This document shows, piece after piece, positions 9,983 to 19,830 of a DNA stretch of 64,000 nt. The position numbers were made by a program, and so were the translations under genes. The notes below the pieces were generated by a model that was not told where the DNA came from, made no database searches, and saw nothing but the letters and a program-made list of their open reading frames with translations. Source of the DNA: an uncultured Nitrospiraceae bacterium (GTDB lineage: Bacteria > Nitrospirota > Thermodesulfovibrionia > Thermodesulfovibrionales > Dissulfurispiraceae); NCBI GenBank assembly GCA_947085205.1, contig CAMTVO010000020.1, forward strand, positions 21,043-85,042, in the 5' to 3' direction. Numbering within the stretch: position 1 is the first letter of the stretch; each line of letters opens with the position of its first letter.

Positions 9983-11020
9983 ATGAAAAGAGCTTCGATG
10001 AACTGCATTCTTATGACGCTAGCAATCTTGCTGCTGCTCCCGCTGCCTCTCTTTGCACAGCAGGATGTCCCGGAGGGGGCAAGAGGGCATTTCAAAGCAG
10101 GGGTGGCATTGATCGAAAAAGCGAACAAACCTGCCGACTTCCTGGCGGCCATCACCGAGTTCGAGGCTGCCGCCGCCCTCGCGCCGCAGTGGCCGGACAT
10201 ACACTACAACCTGGCAAAACTTGCCGCGGAGATAGACAAGCCGGCCAAGGCCATCAAGGAATACCGCACCTACCTGACCCTGGTGCCGGCAGCGGCCGAC
10301 AGGGCTGCCGTAGAAGGAGAAATGGCTAGAATGAAAAAACTGATGGCGAGCAAGCGGAAAATCGGCCTGCCTGGCGTCAAATTTGTTGCCATGGCAGATG
10401 GCATCTGGGTGCTGCAAATTTTTCCCGGCAGCAGAGTCGCCAAAACCGGACTGCAGCGGGGGGACAAGATCGTCACGGTTGACAACACTAACGTTGCCGG
10501 GATGAATCTTGCTGATTTTTTCAAGACCGTCGAGACCAGCAGCCTGGGGCTATCGAAGGCCAGTGCGGCGCGGTTGCTCACCCGGCTGACCGGAGGCGAT
10601 GAGAAGACATCTGTGACGGTGATGATGCTTAAAGTGAAACGAGCTGGCGACGATAAGGAAATATGGGCCCTCGGCACGAAGGAAATGTTCCACTCGCAGA
10701 TACTGGAGATCGAGGAGGATGAGTTCGAGTCGGAAGTACTCAAGGCGACCCTGCCGGTGGTAGTGACGTTTTGGAACAGCGGGTGCGAGCCTTGTCGCCA
10801 ATTCGTCCCTGTCGTCGAGGCGGAAAGCCCCAAATATGCCGGCAAGATCAAGTTCGTAAACGTCAACGTGGACGAGAACATGAAACTCGCCCAACAGTTG
10901 GCGGTGAAAGGCATACCAACCATGATGGTGTTCAAGGGCGGGGCGCTGGTGCCGAGCGATACGGGAAAGCTGCCCCAGGAGAGGGTTGAAGAAATCCTGA
11001 AGAGTGCGGCGGCCCGATAA
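9983..11020 (+). CDS. Exported TPR + PDZ + thioredoxin fusion protein
   Basis: Signal peptide; TPR (PQWPDIHYNLA); PDZ (VLQIFPGSRVAKTGLQRGDKIVTVD); thioredoxin (FWNSGCEPC, VNVDEN, VKGIPTM). Confidence 0.85.
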   Translation: MKRASMNCILMTLAILLLLPLPLFAQQDVPEGARGHFKAGVALIEKANKPADFLAAITEFEAAAALAPQWPDIHYNLAKLAAEIDKPAKAIKEYRTYLTLVPAAADRAAVEGEMARMKKLMASKRKIGLPGVKFVAMADGIWVLQIFPGSRVAKTGLQRGDKIVTVDNTNVAGMNLADFFKTVETSSLGLSKASAARLLTRLTGGDEKTSVTVMMLKVKRAGDDKEIWALGTKEMFHSQILEIEEDEFESEVLKATLPVVVTFWNSGCEPCRQFVPVVEAESPKYAGKIKFVNVNVDENMKLAQQLAVKGIPTMMVFKGGALVPSDTGKLPQERVEEILKSAAAR

Positions 11021-11155
11021 GAGGGCTTGCTAACGAAGGAAAATCAATCCCGGCGCAATTCCGGGATCATAGCATACGGGGTCAGGCATGAGTATTGACT
11101 TATTTGAGCCGCATGAAAAATAGGTGGGCTATCCTGCTGGAAGGAGCAACAAAGA

Positions 11156-11683
11156 ATGAAATTCTTCATAAGAACTGCGCTTCTGATGATTTTCAGCATG
11201 AGCCTTTATTCCTGCATAGGCCCAGTTCCTGTTGATGTGGTAATGATAGACAATGAACTGTTCTTCGTATTGGAAGAAGAGCATGAGATTACCTACCTGG
11301 AGGTAAGCACTTTTATAGATAAAAACAAAAGTGGCCCTGATAAATGGAGATACGAGAATCTTAAGGTGATGTGGTTGCTGGGTTATGACGTCTCTACCCC
11401 GGTAAAGTCAAGGAAATATTTAGAATTGAGCCAGATACGCTACGGCAAGAAGTATGACGGGTTTCAAGTGGTAAAGGGACCGGCGGAACTGCAGCGGAAC
11501 GTGGAATACCATGTCGAGATAAAAATGGGCGACAGGTTCGCGAATGAAACATTCATCATCACAAGCGACAACAAAGTAATTATGCCGGATCCGACGTTTG
11601 AACGCCAGAAGAACCGCAATTATTCAGTTTCGGTTGATAAGGACGGCAACAAAATACTTATCCTTGAGCCTGTCTCAAAATAG
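11156..11683 (+). CDS. Hypothetical lipoprotein
   Basis: Lipobox-like LYS|C; AAGGAG RBS. Confidence 0.7.
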   Translation: MKFFIRTALLMIFSMSLYSCIGPVPVDVVMIDNELFFVLEEEHEITYLEVSTFIDKNKSGPDKWRYENLKVMWLLGYDVSTPVKSRKYLELSQIRYGKKYDGFQVVKGPAELQRNVEYHVEIKMGDRFANETFIITSDNKVIMPDPTFERQKNRNYSVSVDKDGNKILILEPVSK

Positions 11684-11794
11684 GTAATGTGCGGCAGTTT
11701 TTATAAACATAATCAGGGTTTTTGGTTTTCTATGATAAAAATAAAGGGAGTGAATTTATTGCCTTGCGGGCAAGCATGGAGGGAAGCAGGACAA

Positions 11795-12082
11795 ATGGCT
11801 AAAACAGGGCTAAAGGTCTCAGACCCAAAGGTTCTTATAGGCATAGCGGCATTCCTTGTGTTGATAGGGGGAATGGTGATAGATCCTCTGGCAGGCTTTA
11901 CATGCCTTGTGCTGGCAGGAATTCTCATGTTCATAGCAGGTCTATATCGAACAAGACGGGTGCGCTATATTGCCTTTTTCTTATTGATAATCATTATCGC
12001 CCTTGCAGTATCAAAATTTCCCGAAGCCGGCCGTCACCTCAAAGTTTATAAATCTAAAACAGTGACAGGAGGCATGAAATGA
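11795..12082 (+). CDS. Small membrane protein (about 3 TM)
   Basis: Hydrophobic helices similar to 5859-6170. Start moved to ATG 11795 (MAKTGLKV). Confidence 0.6.
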   Translation: MAKTGLKVSDPKVLIGIAAFLVLIGGMVIDPLAGFTCLVLAGILMFIAGLYRTRRVRYIAFFLLIIIIALAVSKFPEAGRHLKVYKSKTVTGGMK

Positions 12083-12630
12083 TACTCAGATTGCATTTGG
12101 TAATCTTAATCTCTGCGGTTATTTTATTAAGTTCGAATATAGCTTCTGCTGAACCGCTGAAATCTTCAGGGCTTGATATGATTGAGCCTGATGAATATGA
12201 GATATTTAATGCAGTCCTTGATAAATATGACGCTTTTGTCTCACTTGAAAGAATAACTATATTTGAAAAGAGATTAGATAATGCCGCTATTAAGCATTTG
12301 ACTCAATCAGGCATGCAGATTGATAATTATCTGACTGACGATTTTAATAAGAGAAACAGCAGATCATATGAGCTTGAAAAAAGATTCTCTAAAAAGAGAT
12401 ATTTCATGGATGAATCGCATCCACGTTTTCCGGACAGAGTCAAGGAAAGCGTAAAAATATCGAGGGCAGGCTTCGATAAACAAAAAAATAAGGCGGTCAT
12501 TTTTATAAGGTATCGGAGCATCGCGCCGCAAAAAGCATTTTACGAAGAAGGCAACTTTGTCTTTCTTGAGAGGAAGGAGGGCAAATGGATTGTAATAAAA
12601 ACAGTAATGGCATCGCAAAGGTATTATTAA
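12079..12630 (+). CDS. Exported hypothetical protein
   Basis: Signal peptide (ASA|E); ISRAGFD..KNKAVIF and FLERKEGKWIV motifs. ATGA overlap with the upstream gene. Confidence 0.7.
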   Translation: MILRLHLVILISAVILLSSNIASAEPLKSSGLDMIEPDEYEIFNAVLDKYDAFVSLERITIFEKRLDNAAIKHLTQSGMQIDNYLTDDFNKRNSRSYELEKRFSKKRYFMDESHPRFPDRVKESVKISRAGFDKQKNKAVIFIRYRSIAPQKAFYEEGNFVFLERKEGKWIVIKTVMASQRYY

Positions 12631-12815
12631 TGAAATACATCTTTAAGATATTGTGCGCCTTTGTTTTCATTGCATCGGTTCTAAACCCTGCAACCGCATC
12701 TGAAAAGCTTGCCCCAGCAGGCCTGCCCTCGAACGCATCTATCGGGGACAGTAAGCAGGGGCCGGAGATATTTGTGCAATTGGGGCATAATCAGTGCTAT
12801 AATTCAAGCAGATAA
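12630..12815 (+). pseudogene. Truncated 5' end of an exported WD40 protein gene
   Basis: Signal peptide, then EK[insert]PEIFVQLGH matching the start of the mature WD40-caspase at 13799. Stops just before a TA module. Confidence 0.7.
12708..12761. repeat. 54-bp in-frame nested palindromic insertion
   Basis: Same outer ends as 7677-7715, with a different core (GCCTGCCCTCGAA...ATCGGGG) also seen near 59856. Confidence 0.7.
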
Positions 12816-12831
12816 AAAGGAGGTGATTTTT

Positions 12832-13020
12832 ATGAAAGAGGCAATGATAAAACTGCAAATAGAAAGCCTTGAGCAGCAGATGAAGGTTTTAAAATCTAAA
12901 ATAGTTTTCCCTAAAAAAGAAAAAACCTTATCAACAATGTATGGCATTTTTGAGGGCAAGATGGACATGTCTTTAGAGGAGATTAAGAAATATGAATATT
13001 CCTTTGAGGGTAAGGTATGA
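12832..13020 (+). CDS. Probable antitoxin
   Basis: Short ORF after an AGGAGGT RBS, overlapping the start of the PIN gene. Confidence 0.65.
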   Translation: MKEAMIKLQIESLEQQMKVLKSKIVFPKKEKTLSTMYGIFEGKMDMSLEEIKKYEYSFEGKV

Positions 13021-13403
13021 CCTATGTTGTAGATACCCATATATTTATCTGGTTTTTAGATAAGAACAAGAGACTGAATCCCCGTCATTACCAAATACTG
13101 ATTGATAAAAATAATAACTTTGTCCTGCCTGTGATTGTATTGGCAGAAATCAAACACCTTATTTCTCTAAAACGAATAAAAGTAGCTTTTGAAGAGGTTA
13201 TAGACTATCTCGGCGAGTCTGATAATTGTATTATTTATCCAGTGGATGAAGATGTTGTTGAAAAAATGCCGGACGGACTTAATATTCATGATGCTTTGAT
13301 TGTTGCAACAGGGCTTGTCTATAAAAATATGCTTGGGGAAGATGTAATACTACTTACTGAAGACGAGGAAATTATAAAAGCCGATGTTCTTCCTGTTATT
13401 TAA
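13017..13403 (+). CDS. PIN-domain (VapC-like) toxin
   Basis: YVVDTHIFIW, VLAE, HDALIVAT and LLTED acidic motifs. Confidence 0.85.
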   Translation: MTYVVDTHIFIWFLDKNKRLNPRHYQILIDKNNNFVLPVIVLAEIKHLISLKRIKVAFEEVIDYLGESDNCIIYPVDEDVVEKMPDGLNIHDALIVATGLVYKNMLGEDVILLTEDEEIIKADVLPVI

Positions 13404-13442
13404 CCTATCATGTCATGCCCTGCTTTTACTATGATAGTAATA

Positions 13443-13486
13443 ATGTGAAAATTACCTTGACCCCATAGGCCTATATTCCTTAAGAT
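13443..13486 (+). promoter_or_regulatory. Operator-like motif + sigma70-type promoter
   Basis: ATGTGAAAATTACCTT overlapping TTGACC-N18-TAAGAT. Confidence 0.65.
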
Positions 13487-13515
13487 TCTTTAAACGACAA
13501 ACAAAGGAGGAATTT

Positions 13516-13722
13516 ATGGTTGGTATAGGCTTGATGGAATTTATTGTTTTGTTTGTCCTTTTTGTGCCCTTCGGGTTAATGTTAATCGCATTTGTGGACA
13601 TCCTCAGGAGTGAGTTTACGGGCTCGAACAAGATTGTCTGGCTGATCGCTGTGATACTCGTTCCCTTTATTGGTCCCATAGCCTACTTTTTCATCGGCAG
13701 GAAGCAGAAGGTAAAAAAGTGA
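13516..13722 (+). CDS. PLDc N-terminal-domain (PLDc_N-like) small membrane protein
   Basis: AFVDILR...KIVWLIAVILVPFIGPIAYFFIGR. Confidence 0.85.
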   Translation: MVGIGLMEFIVLFVLFVPFGLMLIAFVDILRSEFTGSNKIVWLIAVILVPFIGPIAYFFIGRKQKVKK

Positions 13723-13798
13723 GAGAAAATTATTAAGAGGGGCAGGAGGAATTATAATTTCGGTAAAGAGAGGCTCTTCTTTAAATAGCAGGAGGGAT

Positions 13799-16700
13799 AT
13801 GTTTAGATTTAAGAGTTTATTGCGCTCTTTAGCGGTCTGGTTTGAGGTTATTGCCATACTGTCAATCAGCCCTGTTTCTGTCTCTGCAGCTGAAAAGCCT
13901 GAGATTTTTGTGCAACTGGGGCATACATCGTCAATAAACGTGATTGCAATATCACCGGACAACAAGTTCATCCTTTCCGGAAGTGATGACAATAGTATAA
14001 AACTCTGGGAAGCCGCCACCGGAAGGCTGATCAGAACTTTTAAAGATAATGAAGATATAAATTTCGTTTCCTTTCTGCCCGGTGGCAAATCTTTTTTTTC
14101 ACTCAACGATAAGGGTAATGTCTGTATCTGGGATATCCAGACCGGCGATAAAATAAAGGAATTTTCTTTGGGGGAAACGGGTCAAGCCAGCTTGCGATCC
14201 GCCATTTCCTATGACGGCGCTATGCTACGGGTAATCGTCGGTCTTAAACTATATGTCGCCGATATATTAACAGGAACAATAACAAAATCAATCGAGTCGC
14301 CCAAAGCAGCGCCCGTCAGCGGTTACCTCGGCTTTGGTTTTGGATCCAGAAACGTTATCACTGCCGATGGCAGACGAATGCTTTCGTCTGTGAAGGAAAA
14401 CCCCTCGGAATCGGTCATGGACAGCAAAGATAAAAAACTTATGCTCTGGGACATATCAACCGGTAGAATTATTTCTACTTTTACCGGCCATGATGATCGT
14501 ATTGACGTAATTGCCTTATCGCTCGACGATAAGCTCGCGCTCTCCGGCAGCCGTGACAAAACCGTCCGGATTTGGGATTTAAAAAGAGGAAAAGCGATAG
14601 CCACATTTGCCGGGCATCAAAAACAGATTGAAGCCGTCGCCATTTCGCCCGACCAGAAATATGTCCTTTCCGGCAGTAAGGACAACACCATGAAGCTCTG
14701 GGATATTGAGGCGGAAAAAGAAATCCGAACTTTTGCCCATGATTGCCCTGTCACCTTTGTCCGGTTTTCACCGGATGGCATGTTCGCTCTTTCCGGAGAC
14801 GATAAAGGAGCGCTGCGGATATGGGATATAAAGACCGGCATGGAAGTCAAAGCGCTGAAAAGCTATGCCACCAACTCTCGTGCCATGGCGTTATCCGCGG
14901 ACGGAAATTATGTGCTTACTGGCTCTAATGACGGACAGGTAAGGCTTTGGGACGCAGCATCAGGAAAATTGCAAAAAACGATATCCGCCCATCGTGAAGG
15001 GATTTCCGCCGTGAAATTTACGCCGGACGGCAAGTATGCCCTTTCCGCGAGTTATGACAAGACCTTAAAGTTATGGGATTTGAGCGACGGGAAACTGCAA
15101 AGAACATTTTCCGGGCATCCCGGCCAGGTTTATAAGGCCGTCATTTCTCCCGACGGATTGTATGCCTTAAGCTCGGCGCAGGAGGGCGATGTGCGGCTGT
15201 GGAATATCAGTAGTGGCGCAGAAATCAAAGCCTTTAAATTTTCCGGTATGATTAAATCTATCGGCTTTACGGCGGATAGCCGGCATCTCGTGATCGCGCA
15301 TGACCAGAAAAAATTCGGTTCAGGCAACACGGTCAAGGTTCTGACTTTAGACGGGAAAGAAGTTAAAAATTATTACGATGTTTCTCTGGGCAGATATTCC
15401 AATGATGGGAAATATTTTCTGGCCAATAGCTTTAAGGAACCGACGGACAAAGAGCAGAGGCTTTTTGATTCCGAAGCCAAACAAAAAAAACCATTCTTCC
15501 GCAACGATAGTTATAATAAAAAAACACTGGTGGAGATCGCCGACGGCAAGGTATTGGGACATTTCGGGCAGAGCGGCGCTATTGTTTATGTATCCACTTC
15601 CGCCAATAACGATATCATCTTAACAAAGAATTATTATGATCAGGACATTCGCCTTTGGGATGTCCGCACCGGCAAAGAAGTGCGCCGATTCCCCGTCAAA
15701 TTCGGATTACTTTCTCCCGATGGCAGTAAAGTCATCGCCCCGGCCGGTAAAACATTGCAAGCCTTTGATACTGCCACCGGCCGCGGTTTGCCCGCTTTTA
15801 ACGGCAGTGCGACGGGTGACATCAGCTCTTTTGCCCTTTCGGCCAAAGGCGGTTATGCTGTTACCGGTGATAATACTGGCGCCATCCAGTTTTGGGATGT
15901 GACCGGCAGTAAATTAATAAAAACCATCAAGGCTGAGGAGAGGGAGGCTATTTCCGCGGTCGCCTTTTCTCCCGACAATAAATATGCCGCTTCCCTATCC
16001 AGGTTTGGGGCGGCCAAAATCTGGGATTTGCGCGAAGGCAGCAAGGTTTCTGAATTTAAAATTGATTTTATACCCAGGTATTATGATGAGTTGGAGGCCG
16101 GCGATTATGTAGACTATGGAAATGGCATTCTGGCTTTCTCGCCCGACGGTCGCTATCTGGCTTCCGGCAGCAAACTTTGGGAAGTTTCCTCGGGAAAAAA
16201 GGCGCTGGATTTTCAAACCCCCTTTGGCCCCGGCCCCTGGGTTACATTTTCACCTGACGGAAATTATCTGCTTTCCAGAAATACGATTTGGGATGTTTTC
16301 TCAGGCCGGCGCGTAAAAACGTTGGAAAGCATCAAGGACGCAAAGTCAGTCTATTCTTCTGATGGAAAATTTATCTATGCCGCTGATGCTGAAGGGTCTT
16401 TCTATGTTGTCGATTCGGATACCGGCAAGCTTGTCCGCAAGTTTGTCAACTTTGTTTCCGCAAGGTCCTTTGAAGTGTCGCCGGACAAGAAAATGCTGAT
16501 TGCGGAAGAGACGGATTACAACGATTTGACTTTGTGGGATTTAACATCGGGCAAAAAAAGCGCTACGATCGAGATTAATCAGAGCATTTCAAGCGTATTA
16601 CTCAGCGCTGATGCGCGCAATGCCGTTTTGAATAACTGGGTTTCTGTAAGGCAATTCAACATTGCCACCGGCAAGGAAATCGCGCAATTCATCAGCTTCA

Positions 16701-17959
16701 CCGATGGCGAATGGATAGTTCTCACGCCTGAAGGCTATTTCAATGCCTCGCCGAATGGCGCAAAACACTTAAATGTAAGGGTTGGAAATAATGTTTACTC
16801 CATAGACAACTTCTATGAAAAGTTCTTTAATCCTGTTTATGTAGCATCTGTATTGCAGGGCAAAAAGGTTGAGGCTGTCGCAGATATAAGAAAAGGAATC
16901 TTAACGCCTCCAGATGTAAAGATTACCTCTCCTGAACCGAATAAGGAATTCAGCACTGACACTGTAACAATAACCGTCTCTGCGAAAGACACAGGCGGAG
17001 GCATTGATGAGATACGGCTTTATCATAATGGCAAGGCAATAGGAGAAGATACGAGGGCTGTAAAGATAGTTCCAAAGGGCAATGAAACAATAAAGACATA
17101 CACAGTTGCTCTCGTTGATGGACTTAACACATTCAGGGCAACGGCATTCAGCAAGGACAGGACAGAATCAAACCCCTATGAACTGATCGTCAAACTTACT
17201 GCGCCTTCAAAAGATGTATCCATGTATGTCTTTGCAGTAGGCATAAATAAATACAAAAACCCTGTATTAAACCTTAACTATGCAGAGCCTGATGCCAAAG
17301 GTATAGCGGACTTCTTCAAACAGAAAGGCACGGGATTATTCAAAAAAGTTGATGTCAGAGAGATTTACAATGAACAGGCGACAAAAGAGACAATAATCTC
17401 AAAACTTAACCAATTACAGAATACAAACCCGCAGGACGCTGTATTGATATACCTTGCAGGGCATGGAGAGAATGTAAATGACAAATGGTATTTCATCCCC
17501 CATGAACTGACCTATCCTGAAAGAGAAGAAGATGTAAAAACAAAAGGCATATCATCCGATGAGCTTTCAGGGTATATAAAGAACATAAAGGCTCAGAAGA
17601 TACTTGTTTTGATAGATGCGTGTAAATCAGGAGCGGTATTGATAGCATTCAGGGGCTTTGAAGACAGGAAGGCTCTATCACAATTGTCAAGGTCAACAGG
17701 GGTGCATATAGTAGCAGCATCAACAAAAGACCAGTTTGCAGCAGAGGTAAAGGAACTCGGTCATGGGGTATTCACATACACGCTTTTGGAGGGATTAAAA
17801 GGCAAGGCAGCAGGCAAAGGCGAGACTGTTACAGTGAGAAAACTGATGGGATATATAGAAGAAAAACTGCCGGAGATAACGAAGAAATACAAACAGGAGG
17901 CTCAATTCCCTGTGGTGGATTCACGGGGAATGGATTTTCCGCTGGTTTTGACTAAATAA
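13799..17959 (+). CDS. Exported WD40-repeat + Ig-like + caspase (peptidase C14) protein
   Basis: Signal peptide; many GH...SPDG...SGS.D.T.K.WD repeats; GEWIVLTPEGYF linker; caspase motifs VGINKY, LNYAEPDA, YLAGHG, IDACKSG and HGVFTY. Confidence 0.93.
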   Translation: MFRFKSLLRSLAVWFEVIAILSISPVSVSAAEKPEIFVQLGHTSSINVIAISPDNKFILSGSDDNSIKLWEAATGRLIRTFKDNEDINFVSFLPGGKSFFSLNDKGNVCIWDIQTGDKIKEFSLGETGQASLRSAISYDGAMLRVIVGLKLYVADILTGTITKSIESPKAAPVSGYLGFGFGSRNVITADGRRMLSSVKENPSESVMDSKDKKLMLWDISTGRIISTFTGHDDRIDVIALSLDDKLALSGSRDKTVRIWDLKRGKAIATFAGHQKQIEAVAISPDQKYVLSGSKDNTMKLWDIEAEKEIRTFAHDCPVTFVRFSPDGMFALSGDDKGALRIWDIKTGMEVKALKSYATNSRAMALSADGNYVLTGSNDGQVRLWDAASGKLQKTISAHREGISAVKFTPDGKYALSASYDKTLKLWDLSDGKLQRTFSGHPGQVYKAVISPDGLYALSSAQEGDVRLWNISSGAEIKAFKFSGMIKSIGFTADSRHLVIAHDQKKFGSGNTVKVLTLDGKEVKNYYDVSLGRYSNDGKYFLANSFKEPTDKEQRLFDSEAKQKKPFFRNDSYNKKTLVEIADGKVLGHFGQSGAIVYVSTSANNDIILTKNYYDQDIRLWDVRTGKEVRRFPVKFGLLSPDGSKVIAPAGKTLQAFDTATGRGLPAFNGSATGDISSFALSAKGGYAVTGDNTGAIQFWDVTGSKLIKTIKAEEREAISAVAFSPDNKYAASLSRFGAAKIWDLREGSKVSEFKIDFIPRYYDELEAGDYVDYGNGILAFSPDGRYLASGSKLWEVSSGKKALDFQTPFGPGPWVTFSPDGNYLLSRNTIWDVFSGRRVKTLESIKDAKSVYSSDGKFIYAADAEGSFYVVDSDTGKLVRKFVNFVSARSFEVSPDKKMLIAEETDYNDLTLWDLTSGKKSATIEINQSISSVLLSADARNAVLNNWVSVRQFNIATGKEIAQFISFTDGEWIVLTPEGYFNASPNGAKHLNVRVGNNVYSIDNFYEKFFNPVYVASVLQGKKVEAVADIRKGILTPPDVKITSPEPNKEFSTDTVTITVSAKDTGGGIDEIRLYHNGKAIGEDTRAVKIVPKGNETIKTYTVALVDGLNTFRATAFSKDRTESNPYELIVKLTAPSKDVSMYVFAVGINKYKNPVLNLNYAEPDAKGIADFFKQKGTGLFKKVDVREIYNEQATKETIISKLNQLQNTNPQDAVLIYLAGHGENVNDKWYFIPHELTYPEREEDVKTKGISSDELSGYIKNIKAQKILVLIDACKSGAVLIAFRGFEDRKALSQLSRSTGVHIVAASTKDQFAAEVKELGHGVFTYTLLEGLKGKAAGKGETVTVRKLMGYIEEKLPEITKKYKQEAQFPVVDSRGMDFPLVLTK

Positions 17960-17977
17960 AAGTTGGAATCACAGCTT

Positions 17978-18862
17978 TTAGTCGGTTTGTTTTAGTTGCT
18001 TGTCTATCAATTTTTTTATGCTTTCGGAAGTATCTGTATCGCCTGCACTCTCGCTCACAGAAAGCGCCCTTTTGAAATAACCGAGCGCATCGTTAGTCTT
18101 TCCTTCTTTTAAAAAGGTCTTTCCTATCCCTATTAAATCCATTGCTATCTTTCTGCTTAATCCCAGTGTCTTATCTATGGAAAGGGCATCTTCATAGGAT
18201 TTCCGCGCATCTTCGTATTCGGATCTCATCGCCTTTGCGTCTGCAATCAGTCTCAGAGAATTTGCCTTTTCGTTTTTGTGCCTGTCTTCCTTATTTGACT
18301 CAAGTCCTTTATTTCCATAAGATATGGCTGAAACGACATCACCTTTTTCAAAATATATCCTTCCTTTGAGGTTGTAAATTTTGCCTATGTCGCTGCATTG
18401 AGAGCTTTGGCAAAAGGTTAATGACCTGTCCGCCCATTGCAATGCTTTGTCGTATTCGCCCTCATCCATATAGAGCATTGCCTTTAGAAAAGAAGCCTCA
18501 GAAAGATGTAATGGATTGTAGGCAACTGGGGACGGATTTAATATTTCATCGAGGCATTTATGTGCATTTTCTCCATCACTGAGCTTGCGATAAACAGCAG
18601 TTAAATTGACAATGTTTATCGCTGTGCCATCGATATTTTCGATGGAGCGGTTGATTTTAAGCGCCTCATTGTAAAGCCTGAGTGCATTTTCATAATCGCC
18701 GTTTTTTAATGAGGATTCTGCCCTCTGGTTGAACTTGACTGCTGTCAGATGGGCATCCGACAATGTTGCATGTTTTCCGCCGCAACCCATTAAAAACAGG
18801 CAAAAGGCGATAAAGAAAAACCTTTTACCCATTGCCCATAGTCTGTTATCTGTTTTATTCAT
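17978..18862 (-). CDS. TPR-repeat lipoprotein
   Basis: Lipobox LMG|C and multiple TPRs; last gene of the MCE operon. Confidence 0.8.
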   Translation of the reverse strand: MNKTDNRLWAMGKRFFFIAFCLFLMGCGGKHATLSDAHLTAVKFNQRAESSLKNGDYENALRLYNEALKINRSIENIDGTAINIVNLTAVYRKLSDGENAHKCLDEILNPSPVAYNPLHLSEASFLKAMLYMDEGEYDKALQWADRSLTFCQSSQCSDIGKIYNLKGRIYFEKGDVVSAISYGNKGLESNKEDRHKNEKANSLRLIADAKAMRSEYEDARKSYEDALSIDKTLGLSRKIAMDLIGIGKTFLKEGKTNDALGYFKRALSVSESAGDTDTSESIKKLIDKQLKQTD

Positions 18863-19811
18863 AGCTATCAGTATTTAATACCTTCTGTTCGGGTTCTTTT
18901 ATGAATAGTCTTATTGGCCATATCCTTTTTACAGCATCGGTAACCTCTTTTGCTCCTTCTGCTGCGTCTTCACCTTTTCTGAGCGTGGACGGGATTTTAG
19001 GTGCTGTCTGTTCTGTCGCCTTTTTTATGTCTTCGGTCGTCTTCTGGATATTTTCGAGACTCTTGTTTGTCTTTTCAAGCATATTCGGGATGTCCTTGTC
19101 CACTTTCTTTATGAGGCCGTCAACAGTGTCCATGGTCTGTTTTGTGGAATCGAGTATGGAGTCTATTTTCTTTGTTGTTGTCTTCACTCCTTTGTCAGCA
19201 TCCTTCAGCAGGGCATTAAGATGTTGTTGTGTGGCAGGCAGGTCTTCCGACATTTTGCGGAGATTTTTTAATGTCTGTTTAACATCGCCCTGCGGGTCAT
19301 TGATATAATGTATTATCTCTCTTACATCGCTGAGAACAGGCTTGATTTCTTCTTTCAACTCTTCAGCTATTTCGCCGAGACCCTTTTCTCTTTCAAACTC
19401 GATTATTCCGTTTTCAGCAACCTGAGCTGCCTTTGCCGAACCCGGACTTATTTCGATAACGCTGTCGCCTATGAACCCTTCTTTAAAGAGCCTTGCCTTT
19501 GAGTCTGTCTTTATCCATTTCATGTATTTGGTATTTATGGATAGTTCAACCTTCACCTTTGCCGCATCGTCCAGATAAAGCCTTTTAACCTTCCCTATTT
19601 TAAAGCCGCTGAGCTTAACCGCAGTGCCTTCGTTTATGCCCTGCCCGCTTTCCGCAATAAAAAATATCCTCGTCTTTGGGGTGAATACATCGTGCTGTAT
19701 GCCTATGAGTGCTATTGCTGCGAGAATCCCGGTAACTGCAATAAAGACAAACAATCCTATCTTCTTCTCTATGCCCAAGAATCTTTCGTCTGCTTCTCTC
19801 ATTAATCCCAC
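18855..19811 (-). CDS. MCE/MlaD-family protein
   Basis: N-terminal TM (IGLFVFIA); GINEGTAVKLSGFKIGKV; GFIGDSVIEISPG; helical C-terminus. Confidence 0.9.
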   Translation of the reverse strand: MGLMREADERFLGIEKKIGLFVFIAVTGILAAIALIGIQHDVFTPKTRIFFIAESGQGINEGTAVKLSGFKIGKVKRLYLDDAAKVKVELSINTKYMKWIKTDSKARLFKEGFIGDSVIEISPGSAKAAQVAENGIIEFEREKGLGEIAEELKEEIKPVLSDVREIIHYINDPQGDVKQTLKNLRKMSEDLPATQQHLNALLKDADKGVKTTTKKIDSILDSTKQTMDTVDGLIKKVDKDIPNMLEKTNKSLENIQKTTEDIKKATEQTAPKIPSTLRKGEDAAEGAKEVTDAVKRIWPIRLFIKEPEQKVLNTDSYE

Positions 19812-19830
19812 AGCGTTTACCTCTTAAACA

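Noticed and set aside
5859..13722. Integron cassette array
   Set aside because: No integrase and no convincing attC (RYYYAAC...GTTRRRY) structures between the genes.
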